The notes under the pieces are model-generated. The model was not told the origin of the DNA and did no database searches. It worked only from the letters and a program-made list of their open reading frames with translations. A stretch of DNA of 59,866 nucleotides, filler included, from Piptocephalis cylindrospora (lineage: Eukaryota), in the NCBI GenBank assembly GCA_003614145.1. It is 5 parts of 5 records of this genome, joined end to end, with 100 filler letters (N's around TTAATTAATTAA, not from the genome) between each part and the next. Parts side by side here need not be neighbours in the genome. Positions count along the whole stretch, not along the records: positions 12,007 to 23,910 come from KZ987988.1; 4 more parts are not named here. One strand, written 5' to 3'. A program made the position numbers and the translations under genes. This document shows positions 12,291 to 23,644 of the stretch, one piece after another (within the stretch, counting starts at the first letter, position 1; each line of letters starts with the position of its first letter).

Positions 12291-13532
12291 TCAGGTCGAG
12301 AAATGCTTCTGAAAGACTTCGTGAGCAAGGCGGATAATGGAAAGGGTCTCTGCAAGGTCATGGCCAAGATGGATAGCATGGCGGGACAGGTTCTTTGCTA
12401 GATCTCGGAGATTCTCAATTTGCCTATCTGTGATAAGGTCAGGATGAAAACCGGAAGAGGGTCGGACATTTGAGTAAATCTGGGAATAGCGAGAGCCATT
12501 CATGCTGGTCCATGCTTGTTTCAATTCGGAAAAGCGGTCAGAGAGACCTTCCACTTGCGCTATACGATCTAGGGTATGCATCGCCCCTTGGACGTCGGTA
12601 AAGCCCTGGGAGGACTGAGTATGCCTGTGATCACCCTGGAGAAGAAGATCTTGATGAAGGCGCAAGAAGCTATCGGCGACTAGGGCTACTTGCCATGTTA
12701 TCCAAGCCTGGAGAATAGCTTGGTCTACCAGGGAAAGCTGGTAAAAGCTGGCTTTGATAAGCAGATGAGTAAATTCCCGGGGAAGTTCTGACTTGTGCCT
12801 TTCCTGGATCCAGCTTTTAACGCTCTTGACCGTCGCTACGGAGCCCTTGGGGAGATGCGCACGTAAGAGATGATCAGAGGTTGTTTTGGGGCGCAGTTGC
12901 TCAATGAGATGTCGGTGCTCCTCGGGTATGCTGAGAAGAATATCTGTAGTCAACCGGACATTACCCTTGAGCTTTGCTATGTCGGTCGTCTCTAGATTAT
13001 TAATGATATTGGTGTTGATTGAATCGAACCCCTCCAGAGCACTCATAAACTTGGACTTGTGCTTTAAATGATAGATCAGGCGCCTAGTTTGAATTTTCCA
13101 CTCCTCCAGGGCCTTTTCGGCCCCAGGAATGATGCGTTGGTTGGTTTGGTCACTCGAAAGACCATGTCCAGGAGCCGCGGCCTGGACGAGGATATGGAGG
13201 GACTGATGAGTGCATTCGGAATAAGAACTTTGAGATGGAGAGGGAACGCTGAACCTTCTATTCCTATCGGAATGTCTAGATTGCTCTGAATCAGATGATG
13301 AGGACGATCTGTCGCTATCCGAGCTATACTCATCACCGGAAGACGAAGATGACCCACCGCTACTTGACCTATATCCTCGCTTCAAAGACGAGATAAGAGG
13401 AGGGGGTCGATTAGGAGAGAGGGAACGACGTTGATCCCCGTCGGACCTGTAGGTGGGAGTACCAATAACCGCGGAGGCGGCCAGGACGGAGAGGAGGAAC
13501 AAGGTGGCGTGAACGTTGGTGGTGAGAAGCAT
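12291..13532 (-). CDS. Secreted orphan protein, tandem family member 1 (413 aa)
   Basis: Intronless ORF; signal peptide MLLTTNVHATLFLLSVLAASAVIG; Ser-rich linker; helical domain sharing motifs with both neighbours. Confidence 0.85.
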   Translation of the reverse strand: MLLTTNVHATLFLLSVLAASAVIGTPTYRSDGDQRRSLSPNRPPPLISSLKRGYRSSSGGSSSSSGDEYSSDSDRSSSSSDSEQSRHSDRNRRFSVPSPSQSSYSECTHQSLHILVQAAAPGHGLSSDQTNQRIIPGAEKALEEWKIQTRRLIYHLKHKSKFMSALEGFDSINTNIINNLETTDIAKLKGNVRLTTDILLSIPEEHRHLIEQLRPKTTSDHLLRAHLPKGSVATVKSVKSWIQERHKSELPREFTHLLIKASFYQLSLVDQAILQAWITWQVALVADSFLRLHQDLLLQGDHRHTQSSQGFTDVQGAMHTLDRIAQVEGLSDRFSELKQAWTSMNGSRYSQIYSNVRPSSGFHPDLITDRQIENLRDLAKNLSRHAIHLGHDLAETLSIIRLAHEVFQKHFST

Positions 13533-14226
13533 CGTGATAGTTGATCAGAGTAAGTCCAGATGCGTTGGTGAAAGAGTGCGAGTATAAGGCTGTTATGTCT
13601 TGGGCGTCAAAGCGTCGTGGCAGTAGGGGAAGGGAGGCGACCTTGGGGAGGGGGATGGGACTGGGAGAGAGGGTTGGATGGAGGTGGGGACAAAGCGCTC
13701 AGATTTTATAAGCAACACAACTTCCATCTTTCTGTTGGGCGATGAAGGGCGAATCTGGATGAAGACCATTGCTCTTTTTTATGGTTGCCAGTCACCGCCC
13801 CTGCTCGTGTTACCGAACTTGAGGGCCAGTCTGGCAATGGGAGACGGCGGAGTGATTGTCGGAGATGTGACGAATGTGCTATGTAAAGAGCGGAGGTTGA
13901 ACCCAAGATGACAGATGTTGAAACGAGGGGGGGGGGAGATGCACGCCCAATGATAGACAACATGTATCAGAGAGTGAATTCGATAGATGAGCTGAGTGGT
14001 GACTGAGATGGTATGGGGCGGTAAGAGCGACACTCGAACAAAACATTCATTGATGCGGTAGTCATTTGATTCTGTAAACAGGTCATATTGGGGTAAGGCG
14101 TGATCTCATACTGCACTGTACTTTTTCTTCCATAGCTCCCATCCCTGTCACAGGTGTTTAGATCCCGATGAGGCTCGTGAACGACAGGTATGGTTGCAAG
14201 GAGCGAGCCGGTTTTCACCTTATCAT

Positions 14227-15474
14227 CTAGTGCCTATTCCGACCAATTTCCTTGCTAAAATTGCGGTGGGCCCGGCTGACCTTGGTGAGAACCTTGGCTA
14301 GATCTACCCCATGATCAAGGGCACAATTAAGCAGGGACTCGGACAATTCCTGCAGCCCTTCCGACCGGCGAACCTCCGCCTCAACTGCCCTATTGTTATG
14401 CGCATTGGTACGGAGCGTCTCATAGGAGGATGTGAGGTCATATCCCTTGCCCCTGACCCAAACATCCTTGATGTCCTCAAAAGATGGATGAATGCTTTGA
14501 GCATTAGGAAGGTGATTTAAAAAGGAAATGACCTCAGTAGCGTCAAACGATCCCGTCTGGAATTTGTTAGACACCATTATCATGTCATCGGAGAGCATAA
14601 TCAGTTCTCGGATCAAATTGGATCGGACAATGGCTTGATCCACCAATGAAAGGCCGTTAAAGTTGTCCTTTTGAAGGAGAGGAGCGCGATCTCTGGGGGC
14701 GACATGTGGGGGAGGGCCACTGTGGTGAGAGGTGGTAATTTTAAACAGGATGCGAAGCTGTTGGCGTAGCTCCCTGGCAGTACTCATAACAGTGGTCGGA
14801 TGACTCGGGTAATCCTTCTGTCCGCTAGAGCCTCTGCTTGTGGGCCGTAGAGACGTGATGAGATTCTGGTGGATATCAGGGATGGACAAGAGGGTACGAA
14901 GGGCAATGCCGTTGTCTTTATCCAGTTCATCTGAAGTATCCTCGGTATTGTCCGTAAGTGGTTCCACTTGCCCGTCTAGAGCCTTTTGAAGCCTCTTGGT
15001 AAGATATCGCCACACGGAAATGGCATGTTTCTTATCGTTATCGTTATATTGCTTGATAAGAATGCTTTGGGGGATACCATGGGCCGTACCATCGTCTAAG
15101 GTTAGGGCAGTGACGGCGGTATGAGCGGAGTGCTTGTATTCTTTGTATAATTTAAAGAGGGGCTGGTCGCGCATTACATTGGACTGGCCATTAGCAATAG
15201 CTGAACTTCCTTGACGCTCAGTGATAACAGACGAGGCATCATCCGTATCGGAGCCATACTCTGAACTGGAGGCCTTGATCAAGGCAGGCGGGGTAGGGGG
15301 GGAGGGATGGCGGCGTTTGCGTCCCTGAGACGGATGGTTTTCCCCATGACTGCGACCATGGCCATGGTCATGTGCATTCATGGGCATGGGGCTGGCGGAG
15401 ACGGTCATGACGGTCATGGAAGCCAAAGTAAAGGCAAGTAGGGCGACGGCGTGGATTTTAATGGAAAGGTGCAT
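14227..15474 (-). CDS. Secreted orphan protein, tandem family member 2 (415 aa; true start likely 15474)
   Basis: MHLSIKIHAVALLAFTLASMTVMTVSA signal peptide; TATAAAATCT about 190 bp upstream; motifs LLSIPDIHQNLITSLRP and FNGLSLVDQAIV shared with member 1. Confidence 0.85.
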   Translation of the reverse strand: MHLSIKIHAVALLAFTLASMTVMTVSASPMPMNAHDHGHGRSHGENHPSQGRKRRHPSPPTPPALIKASSSEYGSDTDDASSVITERQGSSAIANGQSNVMRDQPLFKLYKEYKHSAHTAVTALTLDDGTAHGIPQSILIKQYNDNDKKHAISVWRYLTKRLQKALDGQVEPLTDNTEDTSDELDKDNGIALRTLLSIPDIHQNLITSLRPTSRGSSGQKDYPSHPTTVMSTARELRQQLRILFKITTSHHSGPPPHVAPRDRAPLLQKDNFNGLSLVDQAIVRSNLIRELIMLSDDMIMVSNKFQTGSFDATEVISFLNHLPNAQSIHPSFEDIKDVWVRGKGYDLTSSYETLRTNAHNNRAVEAEVRRSEGLQELSESLLNCALDHGVDLAKVLTKVSRAHRNFSKEIGRNRH

Positions 15475-16374
15475 CGTTATTGAGAAGTATGAGGCGGCCA
15501 GAAGGACGTATAAGGGGAAGAAAGGGGTCGTTGTAGAGTGGAGATGGGAGTTCGGGTTTAGCGTAAAGGCGTAGCTTAGATAGCTGGCGGATGGGTAGCG
15601 TGTGGGAGGAGGGGCGGGGAGGAAGAGGAAGACAGGGCAGAGGGGATGGCGTGAATCCAGAGATTTTATAGCTGACTTTCTCTTGTGCTCTCGTTCATGG
15701 GGCAAAAAGGAAAATGACTGTGTTTCTGGCATCTCTATCCCGCTTTTCCAGTGTCGATGGTTAGCTTGAACAACATGGCATAGTGTCAAGAAGAGGAAGG
15801 GGATCGGCAAGGGCGGAGAGAAGTATACCGTGCTGACCACCAAGGATTGGAGCAGAAAGTGTCGGAGATTCAACCCAGATGAGGATGAAAGATGTGTGAT
15901 GGAGCATGGAAATGACTTTCAACGTATGGAAATCTAAGCATATGGCATCCGGGGTTCCAGCTTAGGGGGGGAAATGATTTATTGGTGGGCTGACTAGCTG
16001 GATACTAGAGAGCATGGCCCATTTGCACATGTGTACGCCTCGTGGAACCCTGACTGATGAACGTATGTCTGGCTCGTGAAACGCCTAATGTCATTAGAGT
16101 GTCAGTTAGCCATGCGACGGATGTCTACAACATATTGGAAATATTTGACTTTTTATATACCTCTAGTCGTTCAATAAAGTACATCTGTCCCCGAGTCGAT
16201 CCCTCTCAACTTCAGGGGGCGAATTGTTTCATGGGATTCTTCAAGGAGAGCTAATTTCCACACTCCCCCAATCAATCCACCAGAAGCATAGCTCCAAACT
16301 CTATTGCTCTCGATTCCACCCCAATAACACAGGGTATGTTTGCTCAAACCAAAGTGTATTACCATTGCTTAATC

Positions 16375-17337
16375 CTACTTAAAGATGGTCTTACGGATGT
16401 CATCAAGATCATGCCGAACCAAATTGATATCGTTGATAAGATGGTTGAGAAGAGTCCTGGAAGCCTTTTTCATGCGATCAACTAGCCCGATTGAGGGGTG
16501 AGAGGGACTGTTGAAGAGATTATTGACTGCATGCTCATCCCAGGAATGGCCGATCTTAGCCATCTCGGGAAATTCTTTTAAGCTGGCGAGGAAGGCAAAT
16601 GTCGTGGTGAGAAAGTCAATGTCCTTCTTGTTCACCTGGGTACCGGGACTCAAACTCGCTTGTTTGGAAGATGGGTGGTTATGAGCGAGCTCATTGAGAA
16701 TGAGTGCTCCCATCTGAACATAGTAATAGACATGGTTTCGGATGATGGCACGGTTTTCCGGGGCAAGGCGACGAAAGCTGTCAGGCTGAAGAAGTTTGTG
16801 ATCAAGTGGTACTGAGGAAGGGACATGCTTTTTAAGCAGAGCCTCCCTCAATGCTGTCACTTCAATCGAGGAAACTGGGGTATCCATGATTGGCTCCCGG
16901 AAGTTGGGAGGAAGAGAGATGAGAAGGACCATGGTACGAAGAGAGCCAAGTTGGGCATCCTGGTTACCAAAGTTTGTGGATATGAGGGTGGTAGAGTAAA
17001 TAAGTTGGCTGCTAATTCGGATGATAGTTCCCTTCCATAAGCCTAGGGCGGTATGGGCCGGCTGTTGAAGCTTACGCAGTATAGCGTGTTTTTTAGGTTC
17101 ATCGGCTCCCTTAAGGATCTGCGAAATAGGATCATGGGCATTCTGGAAGACCAGTGTAATATCACTGACGATGTCAGCAGACCTTTTTTCAGAGGCTGCG
17201 ACCCGACGATTATTGGATTGCTCATTGGAAGTGAGCTTGTCATGATGGGATATGGGGCTTCCGAGGGTGATCGAGGCAAGAGCAGTCATTAGAAAGAAAA
17301 GAGAGATGACAATTGAAGAGCGTGAGGAAAGGAGCAT
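16375..17337 (-). CDS. Secreted orphan protein, tandem family member 3 (320 aa, more divergent)
   Basis: Signal peptide MLLSSRSSIVISLFFLMTALASITLG; WKGTIIRI, LISLPPNF and LLQPDSFRRLAPENRAII align with members 1 and 2. Confidence 0.82.
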   Translation of the reverse strand: MLLSSRSSIVISLFFLMTALASITLGSPISHHDKLTSNEQSNNRRVAASEKRSADIVSDITLVFQNAHDPISQILKGADEPKKHAILRKLQQPAHTALGLWKGTIIRISSQLIYSTTLISTNFGNQDAQLGSLRTMVLLISLPPNFREPIMDTPVSSIEVTALREALLKKHVPSSVPLDHKLLQPDSFRRLAPENRAIIRNHVYYYVQMGALILNELAHNHPSSKQASLSPGTQVNKKDIDFLTTTFAFLASLKEFPEMAKIGHSWDEHAVNNLFNSPSHPSIGLVDRMKKASRTLLNHLINDINLVRHDLDDIRKTIFK

Positions 17338-18520
17338 CTTGAGGGATGGCGAGTTAGACTGGGGTCAGTGAATAGTGTTAATATCGTCAAGGGAGGTAGA
17401 CTGGGATCAGTGGATAGCGTTAGAAGTGTACGATAGGGACGAAAAGATCAGAGATGGGATGAGAGAAAAAGAGCGGTATTGATCTACCTTTAAATACTTC
17501 TCTCATACTCCTTATATGAGCAAGATGGGTGATAAGGAGAGCTATCCGCTTCTCCCCCAAGGGCTGGGGAAAGAGGGAACTTCTGCCCTGATAACTCGAG
17601 GGTGACACGTCCAGCCCCCTTCCCTCTCTTTCTTTCCCTGTCCTACCTATGTAGCCCCCCCCCCCCCACCTCTGAGGGAGATCGACCTGTATATGGATCG
17701 TGGCGTGAGATTGAGCCAAATAATGGGTCTTGAGCGGAGATTGCACGGAAAGCGTGTTTATTCACCAACGATACCGAGCATATGCCTTACATGGCGCGCG
17801 TATCGCTCGAGGCTATTGCCCCCTGATGAATCTGTTTAGGTAGTGGCCATGGTGGTTTTGCCAGTAGGAAGAAAGAGAGCATACTGGTACCGGGCTAATC
17901 TGCGATCTATTCCGGGATATGGATGGTTCCCTGCATGGGAAGCCGAGACTGTGCCCTACTCTTCAACTATGAGGACTGGTACCTTCTTATCATTTCAACT
18001 AAACGCTCGATAGATAGAAACACCATATATTTTTTAGGGCCTCCACACTAGGTTGCCTCCTGCAGATTCCCCATTTAACTAAGCGCTCATGCTCTTCTGT
18101 CATCCGAAGAAACGTCTTGTAAGATTCGTCGATTTTCGTCCCGTTTTCCCAACGCCACACATTTCAAACACCGCTCCTTCTCTGCGGATCGGAGTTTTAA
18201 CCGTCAAGAATGTGGTTTCTAAGCGCGCCCATCTCATCTCCTCTTGTCTTTACTCACACACGCTTAAATGAACATTACAGGAGCGTTGGACCAAGTAGGG
18301 GGTCTCCTAGGCCATGGTCTCCTTCCCCCAATCCCTCAAGAGACAATCAGATAGCACTTCACTGTCCACCACCACTGAGCTTGGCTCCTTTCCCCTGTTC
18401 CTTTCGCACTCTCTCACTCTCCCATTGTCATCCCATCTCCCCCCACACCAACACGGGCTAGAAACCAACCTTTCCTTTCCTTTCCTTCCCCTCCCACCTT
18501 CTTTCATCCACCCAACGTCA

Positions 18521-19498
18521 ATGCTCACCTTTCTCGCTTCCGTGGCTGGCATCTACGGCTGCTTCCTCACTTGGGGCGTCCTGCAGGAAAGGGTGTCGAC
18601 GACGCCTTATGGGGAGGAGGAGGACCGGTTCCGACACTTTATTTTCCTGAATTTCCTCCAGGCGCTGACAGCGGCGGTGGCGGGGAGGTTGTACCTGGCG
18701 GCAACGGGCCGGTCGGCCGAGCTGCCCCGAGGCGATTTGCTCAAGGAGTACGTGAAGGTGGCGGTGACGAATGCGGCAGCCAGTCCCTTTGGATATGCCT
18801 CGGTGCAGTACATCTCCTATCCCACGATGATTCTGGGCAAGTGCTGCAAGCTGGTGCCGGTCATGCTGATGAACTTTATCCTGTATCGTCGGCACTTTCC
18901 CCTCTACAAGTATGTGTGTGTGGCCCTGGTAACGGCGGGTGTCTCCTCGTTCATGCTGATGAAGCCTGGTCAATCGGGCAAGTCCGAGGGCTCCTCCTCC
19001 TCTCTCCTGGGCCTGACGCTCCTGACGATCAACCTCCTTTTGGATGGGGCGACCAACTCGACTCAAGACCGCATCTTCCACCGATTCCGTGTGAGTGGAC
19101 AGCACATGATGCTGTATATGAACCTGTTCTCAGCCCTCGGAATGTTCCTCTACATGCTCCTGCCCATTACCGATGCCCTCCCAGCCTCCCTGGCCTTTCT
19201 CTCCCGGCACCCTGAGGCCATCCAGGAGATGGGGCTCTTCTCCGTGGCCGGGGCCATTGGCCAGTGCTTTATCTTCTTCACCCTCGAACGCTACGGCTCC
19301 CTTTCTCTTGTGACCATCACGGTGACTCGCAAGATCTTTACCATGCTTCTCTCGGTCTTTTGGTTCAATCACTCCCTGGCCTCTGGACAATGGGCCGGGG
19401 TTGCCCTGGTCTTCTCCGGTATTGGTCTCGAAGCCTTCTTTAAGTTCCAGGATTCTCGAAGCAAGTCTTCTACGCAGAACAAGGTGAAGAAGCAGTAG
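18521..19498 (+). CDS. HUT1: UDP-galactose transporter homolog (UAA family, SLC35B1-like)
   Basis: GIYGCFLTWGVLQERVSTTPY, SPFGYASVQYISYPTMILGKCCKLVPVM, LLLDGATNSTQD, LVTITVTRKIFTMLLSV; C-terminal dilysine KVKKQ. Confidence 0.93.
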   Translation: MLTFLASVAGIYGCFLTWGVLQERVSTTPYGEEEDRFRHFIFLNFLQALTAAVAGRLYLAATGRSAELPRGDLLKEYVKVAVTNAAASPFGYASVQYISYPTMILGKCCKLVPVMLMNFILYRRHFPLYKYVCVALVTAGVSSFMLMKPGQSGKSEGSSSSLLGLTLLTINLLLDGATNSTQDRIFHRFRVSGQHMMLYMNLFSALGMFLYMLLPITDALPASLAFLSRHPEAIQEMGLFSVAGAIGQCFIFFTLERYGSLSLVTITVTRKIFTMLLSVFWFNHSLASGQWAGVALVFSGIGLEAFFKFQDSRSKSSTQNKVKKQ

Positions 19499-19799
19499 GG
19501 GAGAGACCTCGAGATAGGGATGATGATCAATAGAGCAAGAGCCTCGTATGAGGCAGTTTTATCATCTCACAATCATCCGTCCTACAGCGGGAAGAGGGTA
19601 AGGTGGGATGATAGGAGGAGCACATGGCACAGGAGAGTGCAATGGGGTGTCTACACATGTATCCTCTCCCCCTCTCATGATTCAAAACTAGCGGGATCCC
19701 CTTCCCATCAAGAGACAAACATAAGAGATGAATTGACCTAATTCATTGGTCTGTGTGTTTAGTACATCCAGGCCATCGACCTTCTCCTTGACATCCCCG

Positions 19800-20252
19800 C
19801 TACTGCCAGGAGGACTCGACGGTTTGTCGGATCCTTCGGGTGTACTCTTTTCGATTTTCCATATAAAGATTGGCGGCCTCGGCATTGGCAGGACTATTGG
19901 GATTGGGATCATGGAGCAGGGATTGGATGCTGGTGAGGATGGCGGCAACATCATAGGTGGGGGACCACCTGTTTTGGAGGATATCGAGACACAGATCCCC
20001 AGAAGCATAGACATTGGGATGGAACATGCGGGAGATAAACTTGACACTTGGAGGCTTATTCGGGTAGGATTCGTCAAAGTGAAGGGTGAGCTTGAAGGTA
20101 CCATCCTCAAAGGGAGTGTCGGTGGGTCCAAAGATGACGGCGTTCCAGATCATGATGTTGTCGGAGCAAGGGGCACCCGAGATGCCTCCAGGGGGATCGG
20201 TCTGAAGCCTTTTAAAGTCGCGCATCAGCCGACGACGAGAGGGTGTTGACAT
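19800..20252 (-). CDS. RAD6: Ubiquitin-conjugating enzyme E2 Rad6/Ubc2
   Basis: [21 protein letters not shown]...[26 protein letters not shown]. Confidence 0.97.
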   Translation of the reverse strand: MSTPSRRRLMRDFKRLQTDPPGGISGAPCSDNIMIWNAVIFGPTDTPFEDGTFKLTLHFDESYPNKPPSVKFISRMFHPNVYASGDLCLDILQNRWSPTYDVAAILTSIQSLLHDPNPNSPANAEAANLYMENRKEYTRRIRQTVESSWQ

Positions 20253-21287
20253 GGTATTGGAGGGAAGGGGAGAGAGAAAGAGAGAGAGAGAGAGGGAGGG
20301 GGGGAGAGATAGGTAGACAAGGAAGAAGAAAGCTTACTCTCCCCCTCTCCTTCTCTCATATCCAGGCTTTATTGTTCCAATCCTCCCAGGCAGACTGGCC
20401 ATGGATGATGTGCGGCTTGGTCAGCTAGGGCAGTTGAATGGGAGATGGTGAACCCTCTCTCCCTCGAACCCCTCCTACTTTGGACAGAATGGAGAGCTGG
20501 GCTAGGCTGGGCTGGGCTGGACTGAGAGAGTATGTGAGTAGGGAATTCATAGCGGTGGCAGGGGTCTCACCCAAGCGGAACAGCATCTGGTTTGTGAATA
20601 TCTGGATAAAATAGATCAGTTTTCATAATGGATTTTCATCAGGTGTAAGAATGAGCACATTAGTAGTGTAAGGGTGAACACGGAGGAGGACTACCAGATA
20701 GTGCTAGAAGGTGTCAAGAAAAAGATCTTATGGGGAGGACAAGCCTAGCAAGTCTCCCCTTCAACCAAGTCTCCACATGGGGAGGGCCAAGGAGGGAAAG
20801 ATGGGGGCGGGGGGGGGGAGTACGATGGAAAAGGCCAGGGAACTTTTCCCAACACCTCGTTCCCTCTCTTCACACTAGAACCAATCAAGGTGTAAAAAGA
20901 GGGGATAAAGTCGCTTAGTCCCAGTCTGGAAACGATTTCTCCCTCCCAGACTCAAGATGTATACAGCGTTTATTCCTTGAGTGGGGGAGTGGCGTGTAGT
21001 GGTTGGCCCCCTAGTGTAGAGTGAGAGGGGCAGCTTTTTTTTTTCACCAAGCCTTGCCACACACACGCATCACACACACACACAGCTGATGCTCACTCAA
21101 GGATAAAAAGAGCAGGCGAACGAGCTCTCTCTGTCTCACCCCGCCCTATTTCACTCTACACTCTCTTACCTCTCCTCTTCACCCACGACCACCATCGCCA
21201 TATCCCAACCTAACCCATTCCACATGTACATCTCATAGACCCCCTTTTGGTAAGTCATTTCTCCCCTTTGCATCGCCAACCACCCCT

Positions 21288-21404
21288 GGGATATGATGAT
21301 AAACATCACGTCTTCATTTGTCCGATCGACCATGACGAGACCCATCACCCTGTACCCTTCGCTGAGGGTACATTTTATACTTGCCAGTATAACCACCTGA
21401 TCCC
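21288..21404 (+). ncRNA. snR190: Box C/D snoRNA snR190 homolog, intronic (intron about 21250-21475)
   Basis: Box C ATGATGA 21293, box D CTGA 21397, terminal stem GGGA/TCCC; internal GTCCGATCGACCATGACGA and CTTGCCAGT match my recollection of yeast snR190; lies directly upstream of U14. Confidence 0.8.
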
Positions 21405-21580
21405 ATCCTCTTTTGCTTGCTATTGTTCCTTTAAACAGAGGATCAACGACTGACTCGTATCTTTGATTATTCTAGTTTTTATACCCATGTATCCTTTGCT
21501 CATGCAAGCCTAAATACTACTTGTTTCATCTGAAGAGGTAAGCGCCCATTTTCCCCAAGCTACCCACGAGACAAGGATCT

Positions 21581-21689
21581 GCTAGGATGATGCATTCCAT
21601 ATTCGCAGTTTCCTCTGGAGGACATCACTCTTTCGCAAGAGAGATGTCCTGTGATGGTATTTTTTAATATCTTCCTTGGATGTCTGAGC
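21581..21689 (+). ncRNA. U14: Box C/D snoRNA U14 (snR128), intronic (intron about 21538-21781)
   Basis: Domain A ATTCGCAGTTTC, domain B plus box D TTCCTTGGATGTCTGA, Y-domain-like hairpin GGACATC...GATGTCC, variant box C AGGATGA, flanking stem GACAAGGA...TCCTTGTC. Confidence 0.92.
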
Positions 21690-22889
21690 GGTCCTTGTCT
21701 TTTACCTCTTACTCGGAGGGTGGCCATTGTTATGATGGTGATCCATATGCTCATATGTCTCTCTTTCATCGATTACATTAGGCTACTCCATGCCAGATTC
21801 TCTCTTTTCCCCAGGGTTTCCCCCTCTAAATGGTAATATACCCTTCCTCTCTCTCTCTCTCTCTCTCTCTCTTTGTCTACTACTTGTTGGTGGCCAGGGG
21901 GCTAAATGATGATTATTTTCACTTAAATAATCTTTGATAGGAATAGCCGTCGGATGTATTTGTGTGACGGGGGATGTGGTGGTTCTTGCTTTGGGTGGCG
22001 AGGGTGGTGTTGGAATGGATTTGAGGGATGGGGACATGGTCATTGGAGGGATGTTGGGCCGATATGGGGTGGGATGAGGGGACGAGGGTTGAAGGGGGGG
22101 GCATCCTGGTGATGGATTTTTCGGATGAAGTGGGGATGAAGGGCTTGGATGATCTGTGGCTGCTTGATGGGACTGAGGTCGAGTGAGTTGATGGTGATGG
22201 GTTAGGATGGTGGGGATCTGGTGGAGGAGGAGATGATGCCATCTGGTATTTAATCCTCCTTTTCTTCCTCTTTCCCTCCACCTTGCTTCTCATCCTTTTC
22301 TCGCTTCTCTTTCCCCCCAATCCTCCTAGATCGTTCATCTCTTCATCCCTCCTTTCTTTCCTTTCTGCTCATTCGGATGCCCCCCTCCTCCTCTCCATCT
22401 TCATTCTCCCCATCGATCCTCCCCTTCTTGACCTTTGTCCCCCTCTCTTCATACCCATTCCTCTCACCGTGTGCCCTTGCCATCTACCAAGACTCCCTTT
22501 CCCGTTGCCCGCTGACGATGAAAACTCATGCTGATACCCTTCTTGTTCCAATTGCTCTATCCTTTCTTCTTCCTTGGTCCCATGATACTGACTCTCTTTT
22601 TCCGTATCCAGATTCCATCTGGAAATAGATTGCCTTTTTTTCCTCTGAAATTTTTCATTTGTCTTTTATTGTTTGTCTTCAGCCCTTGCAATATATGCAA
22701 ACTCACGCAAACAGAGAATCAGGACTCTGGCATTTAGCGACATTGCCACCACCACCATTTCAAGGACACACACTTACGCACACAATCCACTTTAATAGGA
22801 TCAGCACAATGGATCATACGCGCTTGTCATTTTCCCACCCTTCTCCCTCCGTTCCTCTCTCTCTCTCTCGCTTTCTCTCCCTCATCACC

Positions 22890-23644
22890 ATGTCCTCCCA
22901 CACCGCCCCCCAGCAAAAGCCTATTCTGTATGCTTACTTTCGTTCTTCTTGTTCCTGGCGTGTCCGCATTGCCCTAGCCGTCAAGGGGATCGAGTATGAG
23001 CTGAGACCTGTCCAAATTGTTCAAGGGGAGCAGGTAGGATGACCACTTTGTCCCCTTCTTCCCTGATCTTCTCCAACTCATTACTCCTCCACTCTTAGAG
23101 AAAGGATGAGTATCTGGCCCTCAATCCGGGTGGAAAGGTGCCCACCTTGGTCATCCCCCCAGAATCCGGATCTAATCATCCCCCCGTAGCCATCCATCAG
23201 TCCACGGCCATCCTCGAGTACTTGGAGGAAGCGTACCCGGATCATACTCCCATGCTCCCCAAGACGCCCGTGGACCGGGCTAGGGTCCGCGCGATCATGG
23301 GTCTGGTTGCCGAGGACATTCAACCCTTACAAAATCTCTCGATCCTTCAGCACTTCCACGATCGTCCCGAGGATAAAGCTCAGTGGATTGAGCAGTATGT
23401 CGGCAAGGGCCTAGAGGCCGTTGAGACCATACTCAAAAACACAGCTGGGACCTACGCATTTGGCGATACCGTGAGCATGGCCGACGCACTCATTATCCCG
23501 CAGTGTCACAGTGCTAGACGCTTCAACCTCGACATGAACCGATTCCCTACCATTCTTCGAGTCGAGGCCGCCGCCAGTGCCCTTCCTTCCTTCCAGGCCG
23601 CCAGTTACCAGGCTCAGCCGGATTGCCCCGAGGAGCTGCGTTGA
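22890..23644 (+). CDS. maiA: Maleylacetoacetate isomerase / glutathione S-transferase zeta (intron 23034-23098)
   Basis: [20 protein letters not shown] (SSC motif), [38 protein letters not shown]. Confidence 0.95.

Noticed and set aside
15475..15873. 133-aa N-terminal extension of the 548-aa ORF
   Set aside because: It starts at a non-ATG codon and spans the TATA box and CT-rich leader; the signal peptide begins at ATG 15474. The same reasoning applies to the extensions at 4949, 18314, 25116, 41120 and 57380
21783..22338. Pro/Ser/His-rich minus-strand ORFs downstream of the snoRNA host
   Set aside because: Low complexity, competing frames and no recognisable domain; no gene model can be supported
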